Assembly: GCF_000018105.1 (NCBI RefSeq)
Contig: NC_009925.1
Coordinates: 3,570,001 to 3,602,000, forward strand
DNA length: 32,000 nt
Direction: 5' to 3'
Source: Acaryochloris marina MBIC11017
GTDB lineage: Bacteria > Cyanobacteriota > Cyanobacteriia > Thermosynechococcales > Thermosynechococcaceae
Part shown: piece by piece, positions 26,969 through 32,000 of the stretch
Position numbering within the stretch: position 1 is the first letter of the stretch
Layout: each line of letters opens with the position of its first letter
Notes under the pieces: model-generated
The model's database searches: none
Seen by the model: the letters and a program-made list of their open reading frames with translations, nothing else
What the model was told of the DNA's origin: nothing
Made by a program: the position numbers and the translations under genes

Positions 26969-27302
26969 TCAGGAATGGGTTGGATAATCATCTTGAAGTG
27001 TTCCGTCAGACAAACTGCCCCAAGGCTGTCCACGCCAATTCCAGAGACGATCAACGGCGACTTGTTCAGGGGGACTCAACGGTGTAGAGAAACCAGATGA
27101 TGTGACATATAGAACATAGAACATTGACGGTTCGTATCCTTGCTGTAATAAAACCCGAACCAATGTCAGCATCGGCAAGAATCATGACATCTCGACGAAT
27201 ATCCCTGGCAACAAAACACGACAAGGTTTGTCCTTGGCGAAAGATTCGACGACGTCTGCGTTTCTGAACTTTATGGAAGAGCGCTTTAATCGTCTGCAGC
27301 AT
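26969..27302 (-). pseudogene. Possible frameshifted remnant of a small PIN-like (DUF5615/Mut7-C-type) toxin-like gene
   Basis: Two overlapping minus-strand ORFs (27302..27066 and 27178..26969) lie in different frames. Joining them at about 27160 gives ...ARDIRRDVMILADADI / VRVLLQQGYEPSMFYVLYV.... This parallels the ...A....F.IVTKD.DF.EL..LLGFPPK.IW.R.G core I remember for DUF5615 proteins. The N-terminus is atypical and no partner gene is present. Confidence 0.25.
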
Positions 27303-27463
27303 GATTGCTGAGATTCATAACTAAACGTTATGGCGTCCTAAACACGAATTAATATTCTGAATCGAACGTTCTCAATTATGATCAAAGAAGTGATTGTTCT
27401 TATCAAATCTTTAAATCACCCCTTTAAGAAACATCCTTATACCGTTGTCTAGGGAGTCAACTC

Positions 27464-27823
27464 ATGGCTACATCCGAGAAAAAATCTGAAGAAGGGGCAA
27501 TTGAGCTCTACCAAACTCCTCCCCTACCCCAAAATCGACCCATCGCAGCAAGAACCTTAGAAGTGGTAGATACTTCAAGCTTGCCTGGGAATCGTCCGAT
27601 CACTGCGGTCAACTTAGAAGTGGTAGATACTGATACCCTACCGAACCACCGCCCTATTATCCGGTCTGGATTAGATATTGTTGACGAAGAAAGCTTAGTT
27701 GGTAATCGTCCCATTGTGAATATGGGTTTGCCCTTGGTTCCTTCTCCGAACCTGCCTAACAATCGCCCCGTTGCCACGGAACCCATTTACGATCCAGCCG
27801 ACTTGATGGGCTATATCGACTAA
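27464..27823 (+). CDS. Small acidic protein made of five 19-residue L-P-x-N-R-P-I repeats
   Basis: AGGGAG lies 7 nt upstream of ATG 27464. R-P occurs at residues 25/26, 44/45, 63/64, 82/83 and 101/102, an exact 19-aa period. A 19-nt exact DNA repeat CTTAGAAGTGGTAGATACT occurs at 27556 and 27613, 57 nt apart. Confidence 0.7.
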   Translation: MATSEKKSEEGAIELYQTPPLPQNRPIAARTLEVVDTSSLPGNRPITAVNLEVVDTDTLPNHRPIIRSGLDIVDEESLVGNRPIVNMGLPLVPSPNLPNNRPVATEPIYDPADLMGYID

Positions 27824-27996
27824 CGGTTCATTAAGCTTAATAATGAACGCAATCAGGTGAGACAGCGGTTTATTCCCTGTCTTGTCTTGCCCTATACCCT
27901 TTTCAAAAAAGACCAGGCAAAATAAAGTAAGGTGACTTCCGCTTAAACTTTGTCTAGAGCAAAGTATTGCCTAAGCCCATCCTTCTGTAATTGAGT

Positions 27997-28944
27997 ATGC
28001 CAAACCTCAATGAATGCTATCGCACCTTAGAGTTGAGGGTTGGCGCGTCTTTAGAAGAGGTCAATCAAGCCTACAAAGACTTAGTCTTTATTTGGCACCC
28101 CGATCGTATTCCCCAAAGCCGCGAGCGTTTGCAGCAAAAAGCCATCGTCAAGCTACAAGATCTCAACGAAGCTCGTGACTATCTGCAATCCTATCTGCAA
28201 CGACGTCAAAACTTGCGGTCAGCCCGTCGCCCGGCTCAGAAAGCAGCGGCAGCAGGCCAGGCCCGATCGGCCAGCTCGTCTGCTCCTGCAAAAACGACAA
28301 GACGCACGGCTCCACCCCGCACCACTCAAAAGCCTAAAGAGCGACCATCCCAAGCTGCTCAAAAGTTTCGGCAGCGTACTAAGGCAACTCAACCCCCGCC
28401 TAGATCTGTTCCTAAGCCTAAGACGCAAAAGGCTGCTCCGCCCCAAAGTAAGCCTCCTCAGCCACCTGCTGCAACCGATTCTGCTGCTAAACGAGCTGCT
28501 AAACGTTGGCGTACAGGTCGAGCTGAAGCGCCTGCTAAAACAGCTCCTGCAGCAACTAAGTCTACCTCGCGCCCTCTGACGCCAGACCACAGTGGTGTCG
28601 ATTGGCACGGTGCTGATCTACAAGAGCGGGATTTCTCAGGGCGCAATCTGAGTCAAGCTAATTTAGCGAATGTCAATCTCAAAGATGCATTTATGCATAA
28701 GGTGAATCTGGCGGGTGCTAATTTGACAAATGCCAATTTGACCCGTGCCAATCTACTCCAAGCCAACCTCACCCAGGCCAACTTGCAAGGCGCTAATCTG
28801 ACCGCTGCAGATTTAAGTGGCGCTGATTTGCGAGGGGCAGATTTTACCGGGGCCAATATGGGTATCGGCAAAAAAGTGATGGTCAAACTAACGGGTGCTA
28901 ATCTCTCTGGGGCGATTATGCCTAACGGCACAATCCATACCTAA
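27997..28944 (+). CDS. J-domain protein fused to a basic low-complexity linker and a C-terminal pentapeptide-repeat domain
   Basis: The N-terminal J domain has the HPD motif (YKDLVFIWHPDRIP). A linker of roughly 115 aa is rich in A/P/K/R/Q/T. The C-terminal roughly 110 aa consist of A(D/N)LxX pentapeptides (ANLTNANLTRANLLQANLTQANLQGANLTAADLSGADLRGADFTGANM). Confidence 0.8.
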   Translation: MPNLNECYRTLELRVGASLEEVNQAYKDLVFIWHPDRIPQSRERLQQKAIVKLQDLNEARDYLQSYLQRRQNLRSARRPAQKAAAAGQARSASSSAPAKTTRRTAPPRTTQKPKERPSQAAQKFRQRTKATQPPPRSVPKPKTQKAAPPQSKPPQPPAATDSAAKRAAKRWRTGRAEAPAKTAPAATKSTSRPLTPDHSGVDWHGADLQERDFSGRNLSQANLANVNLKDAFMHKVNLAGANLTNANLTRANLLQANLTQANLQGANLTAADLSGADLRGADFTGANMGIGKKVMVKLTGANLSGAIMPNGTIHT

Positions 28945-29306
28945 AATGGCTTGGTAGTCGGTATTTAGAAGACGCCATAGTGGAGAGCAAAGCTGCTATC
29001 CTCAATGGAATTGTCTAATGTCGTGATGACACCACGTTTCGAGGCAAATTCGTCACAATAAATAAAGTGCCATTATTAAAGACATGCTAAATGAGGCTGT
29101 ACTTGGATGGTTCTTGAAAATGGTTATTCAACGTGTGGCATAGCGCATAGAGTCAAACCTATCTTCGACGTTCTCAGCGTTCGTGGTGTGAAAAGACTCA
29201 GTACGCCTGGGCGTGGCAAAACGATGGAGCTGTATCTACGCACTCTGCATGTTGGGCTCAGTATCGAGTTGCAAACTATAATTCACAAACTTTAGGTGTC
29301 AACACA

Positions 29307-30251
29307 ATGGCGTTTGATATAGAAAATATCCCTTCTCAGCAAGGCAAGGTTGCCATTGTGACTGGGGCGAATACAGGCTTGGGCTATGAAACGGTGAGTT
29401 ATCTAGCGCAAAAGCATTTCAAGGTGATCATGGCTTGCCGGAACTTGGAGAAAGCCGAGCAAGCTAAAGCCAAAATCGAGGTGACAGTGCCGGTCGCGGA
29501 TTTAGAGATTCTCCAGATTGATTTGTCTGATTTATCGTCTGTGAGACGGTTTGCCCAAACCTTTCGACAGCACTACAACAGCCTCGACCTTCTGATCAAT
29601 AATGCTGGAATTATGTGGCCTCCCTATGCCCTGACTGTAGATGGGTTTGAGAGCCAAATAGGAGCCAATTACTTTGGCCATTTTCTCCTGACGGCATTGC
29701 TGTTGGATCTGATGCCGGATACCTCTGCATCTCGGGTGGTGTCTCTGAGTAGCAATGCTCATCGGTTGGGGTCTGGGAGAATTAATTTTGACGATCTGCA
29801 ATCGGAACAGAACTATTCCAAAACGGGAGCTTACGCCCAGAGCAAACTGGCCTGTTTGATGTTTGGGAATGAATTGCAGCGACGGTTAGCTCAAGCCGGT
29901 AAAAAAATTCTTTCCGTCACGGCTCACCCTGGCGTTTCCAACACAGAACTCGCCAGACACATGCCTCAATACCAGGTTCAACTCATTCAAAATACGATTG
30001 GTCCGTTGCTCTGTCATGCCCCGGATCAGGCCGCGCTGCCCATTGTGATGGCAGCGCTAGACCCAGAGGCCCAAGGGGGAGAATATTTTGGCCCTCAAGG
30101 GTTTATGGAAATGAAAGGTCAGCCCGGACGGGCTACGCAGTCTGACTATGCCCAAAATCAAGCGGCTGCTGCCCAGCTCTGGGATGTTTCAGAAGAATTA
30201 ACAGGGTGCACCTTTGCCATACCTCAAGTTCAAGTCGTCACAACGTCATAG
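29307..30251 (+). CDS. Short-chain dehydrogenase/reductase (classical SDR, retinol-dehydrogenase-like)
   Basis: TGANTGLGYET (TGxxxGxG), NNAG and the YAQSKLA (YxxxK) catalytic motif. Confidence 0.85.
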   Translation: MAFDIENIPSQQGKVAIVTGANTGLGYETVSYLAQKHFKVIMACRNLEKAEQAKAKIEVTVPVADLEILQIDLSDLSSVRRFAQTFRQHYNSLDLLINNAGIMWPPYALTVDGFESQIGANYFGHFLLTALLLDLMPDTSASRVVSLSSNAHRLGSGRINFDDLQSEQNYSKTGAYAQSKLACLMFGNELQRRLAQAGKKILSVTAHPGVSNTELARHMPQYQVQLIQNTIGPLLCHAPDQAALPIVMAALDPEAQGGEYFGPQGFMEMKGQPGRATQSDYAQNQAAAAQLWDVSEELTGCTFAIPQVQVVTTS

Positions 30252-31297
30252 TCAATCAACTGCTGAAACATATCAGTGAGGGATGTGGCCAAGGGACGAT
30301 AGGTGAGTCCTAGCTTCTGAATGCTCTTGCTGTTATCGACACCAAAAGGAACACCCACGTTTCTAGCTATGATTTTGCGCGTCATGCTGCTATCTAATAA
30401 CGGTCCCACCAGCCAAATCAATGCTTTGGGCAGCACACTTTTGGGGAAGGGATAAGCCTCGCCAAAATGAGCCCGCAAAATCTCAGCCATTTGAGGGAAA
30501 TTTGTGTTGTATCCAGAGGTGATATGGCGGCCTTGGGCATTGGGAGTAAATCCTGCAGCCAGATGCGCTTCTGCGACATCCCGAACGTCCACAACCCCCA
30601 TCTGATAGTTTGGTACGCCCATTTTCATCGTGCCATCTCCCAGCTGTTTGATCAGCGAGAAAGACTCTGAGGTGGCAAAAGGGTTAATCCCAGGTCCTAA
30701 AACGAGGGAGGGATTGATGGTGACTAAGTTCCAGCGGTCCTGGGTCTTGGCAATTTTCCAAGCTTCTTGCTCAGCTAAGGTTTTGGAATAGGAATAGGGC
30801 TGATGGGTGAGGGAGGAGGTGGTATTCCAGTCTGCTTCAGTAAATAAATCGCCTGGAACCATTTCTAAGTCTGCACTATCGCCATAAATGGCGGCACAAC
30901 TGCTGGTGACCACCACCCGCTTCACAGACTCAGTTTGATTGGCTTGTTCTAAAACATTGCGGGTGCCGAGCTGGGCGGGTTCAATCAGATCTTTTTGTGG
31001 ATTATCAACGGCAATAGTGAAAGGAGAAGCCGTGTGAAACACTACGGTACAGCCCTGCATGGCCTCGGCGTAAGATCCTAGCGTCAGTAAATCTGACTGG
31101 AAATATTGGAGCTGCCCTGGAGACTGATCTGCCAAAGCATTAAGGTATTTAAGCTTCTCAGTATTGCTGGGATTGCGAACAGCTGCGTGAACGGTAAAGC
31201 CTTCTTCCAGTAAACGCTTGACGAGCCATCCGGCGACATAACCGGTCGCTCCAGTGACGAGAACGGGGGCTGATGTATCGTAGGTGGGGTTGGTCAT
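30230..31297 (-). CDS. NAD(P)-dependent epimerase/dehydratase family reductase (extended SDR, dihydroflavonol/cinnamoyl-CoA reductase-like)
   Basis: VLVTGATGYVAGWLV (GxxGxxG) and YSYSKTLAE (YxxxK). 355 aa. The 3' end overlaps the convergent SDR gene by 22 nt. Confidence 0.8.
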   Translation of the reverse strand: MTNPTYDTSAPVLVTGATGYVAGWLVKRLLEEGFTVHAAVRNPSNTEKLKYLNALADQSPGQLQYFQSDLLTLGSYAEAMQGCTVVFHTASPFTIAVDNPQKDLIEPAQLGTRNVLEQANQTESVKRVVVTSSCAAIYGDSADLEMVPGDLFTEADWNTTSSLTHQPYSYSKTLAEQEAWKIAKTQDRWNLVTINPSLVLGPGINPFATSESFSLIKQLGDGTMKMGVPNYQMGVVDVRDVAEAHLAAGFTPNAQGRHITSGYNTNFPQMAEILRAHFGEAYPFPKSVLPKALIWLVGPLLDSSMTRKIIARNVGVPFGVDNSKSIQKLGLTYRPLATSLTDMFQQLIDYDVVTT

Positions 31298-31400
31298 ACT
31301 GCTTCCCTAATTCTGCAGAATTGGTCGAAATACCGTTATCCCGTAGAGTAGCGTATTCGCTGGGTGGATGCTGGAGCTAGAGGTTCTGGGTCACTTGAAA

Positions 31401-31438
31401 GTGCGCAAGGAGGTTGCGATCGCAACCCCCTTGCACAC
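31401..31438. promoter_or_regulatory. 38-nt imperfect palindrome centred on a HIP1 site in a divergent promoter region
   Basis: GTGCGCAAGGAGGTTGCGA | TCGCAACCCCCTTGCACAC pairs at 17 of 19 positions. The inner 16 nt, GGTTGCGATCGCAACC, are perfect. It lies between divergent starts at 31297 (-) and about 31573 (+). Confidence 0.4.
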
Positions 31439-31572
31439 TACCTAATTCATTGGTGCTGTCCTTCAAGTTCTCTGATTGGTGAGCTAAGTTCGATCATCTG
31501 AGTTGCACCTGTACGAGATTGCTTCTTTCATATGAAAAGCTAGACCCCTGCACTGCAACAGTTACTTTGATC

Positions 31573-31914
31573 ATGGCTGAACATTATCTCTTGATATCTG
31601 ATGACGTGCCTTTGGCACAATTCGAAAATGAAGAATCAGACATGTGGTATCTCTTCGGAGAAATTGCACCTATCCCATCGGGTAAAGTTGCTATTCATAA
31701 GATTTTCTCAGTTACAAAGCATCTAGAATTCAAAGTTGTATTGTGTGATTGGTCCCAAGGTTATCGATGCGATCTACAAGCTGGAACAAGCATCATTCCA
31801 TGTGTATTGATGGAATGTAATCCACAACAAGTCATCCTCAGAATGCTCACTGCCTCTGAAACAATCGCTTGGTCAAAACAACACCTTCGGCCATTGTCCA
31901 TCAGTGAATTTTGA
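31573..31914 (+). CDS. Hypothetical protein
   Basis: The ORF is open from TTG 31519. The first ATG is at 31573 (MAEHYLLISDD...). I recognise no family. Confidence 0.4.
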   Translation: MAEHYLLISDDVPLAQFENEESDMWYLFGEIAPIPSGKVAIHKIFSVTKHLEFKVVLCDWSQGYRCDLQAGTSIIPCVLMECNPQQVILRMLTASETIAWSKQHLRPLSISEF

Positions 31915-32000
31915 ATCGGTCTTAACTGTCCCTTGCTGGGAGTATCTGGTGTTGGCAGCCCTTACCGTTACTCTGGAGTAGTTTGCTGAGCGGTTACCAA

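Noticed and set aside
28175-28646. ORFs of 62-134 aa on both strands (28175..28579 +, 28219..28608 -, 28458..28646 -, 28653..28931 -)
   Set aside because: They are open only because the J-protein linker and pentapeptide repeats are compositionally biased and repetitive. They are shadows of the supported 27997..28944 gene.
29107-29295. 62-aa ORF just upstream of the SDR gene, and a 33-codon open stretch on the minus strand at about 28950-29050 (..YCDEFASKRGVITTLDNSIEDSSFALHYGVF*)
   Set aside because: Neither has a ribosome-binding site, a recognisable family or an adequate length. They may be gene debris, but I cannot support a call.
30230-30251. Both convergent reductase genes end in V-V-T-T within a 22-nt overlap, which suggested a special symmetric element
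   Set aside because: GTN (Val) and ACN (Thr) codons are reverse complements offset by one base, so V-V-T-T reads as V-V-T-T on the opposite strand automatically. The overlap is real but the symmetry is a coding coincidence. It implies only overlapping 3' UTRs.
1-32000. tRNA, rRNA, CRISPR arrays, reverse transcriptase/retron or DGR elements, intact toxin-antitoxin or restriction-modification operons
   Set aside because: I scanned the intergenic regions by eye. I found no T-loop/acceptor patterns, no regularly spaced direct repeats and no matching ORFs. An Infernal/tRNAscan/CRISPR finder run would be the definitive check.

Overview
The window looks like a cyanobacterial chromosomal segment. 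Evidence is ten HIP1 octamers (GCGATCGC), GTA-N8-TAC NtcA-type boxes, a Tab2/DUF1092 gene, pentapeptide-repeat and GH57 genes, and several Tat-exported hydrolases. I support about 27 protein-coding genes. They are a gatA 5' end, GH57, two tandem amt genes, Tab2, a GH10-like hydrolase, an O-antigen-ligase-like giant membrane protein, DUF4342, a YbjN-like protein, VanW, a lipoprotein, an IS5-family transposase, a DUF2254-like membrane protein, SpoIID, three secreted hypotheticals, SRPBCC, a PhoX-like DUF839 protein, a SAM methyltransferase, recA, phoD, a repeat protein, a J-domain/pentapeptide fusion, two SDR-type reductases and one orphan. I saw no rRNA, tRNA or CRISPR array and no recognisable defence operon. 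No obvious multi-gene novel system stands out. The observations most worth follow-up are: (1) the two amt genes share a 1,501-bp block with zero mismatches while their promoters, 3' tails and terminators have diverged. (2) An IS5-family element with a 6-bp TAGGTA target duplication has a transposase frame with no internal stop. That frame reads out of the element and ends in an ATGA overlap with a host lipoprotein gene. A second, inverted copy of the IS end lies 1 kb away, which gives a composite-like 2.7-kb unit. (3) An intergenic region carries a perfect 12-nt Shine-Dalgarno sequence, a 23-codon sORF and crossing RNA helices. (4) A small acidic protein is built of five strict 19-residue L-P-x-N-R-P-I repeats and sits next to a J-domain/basic linker/pentapeptide-repeat protein. 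All family names come from motif recognition by eye and none has been checked against a database.
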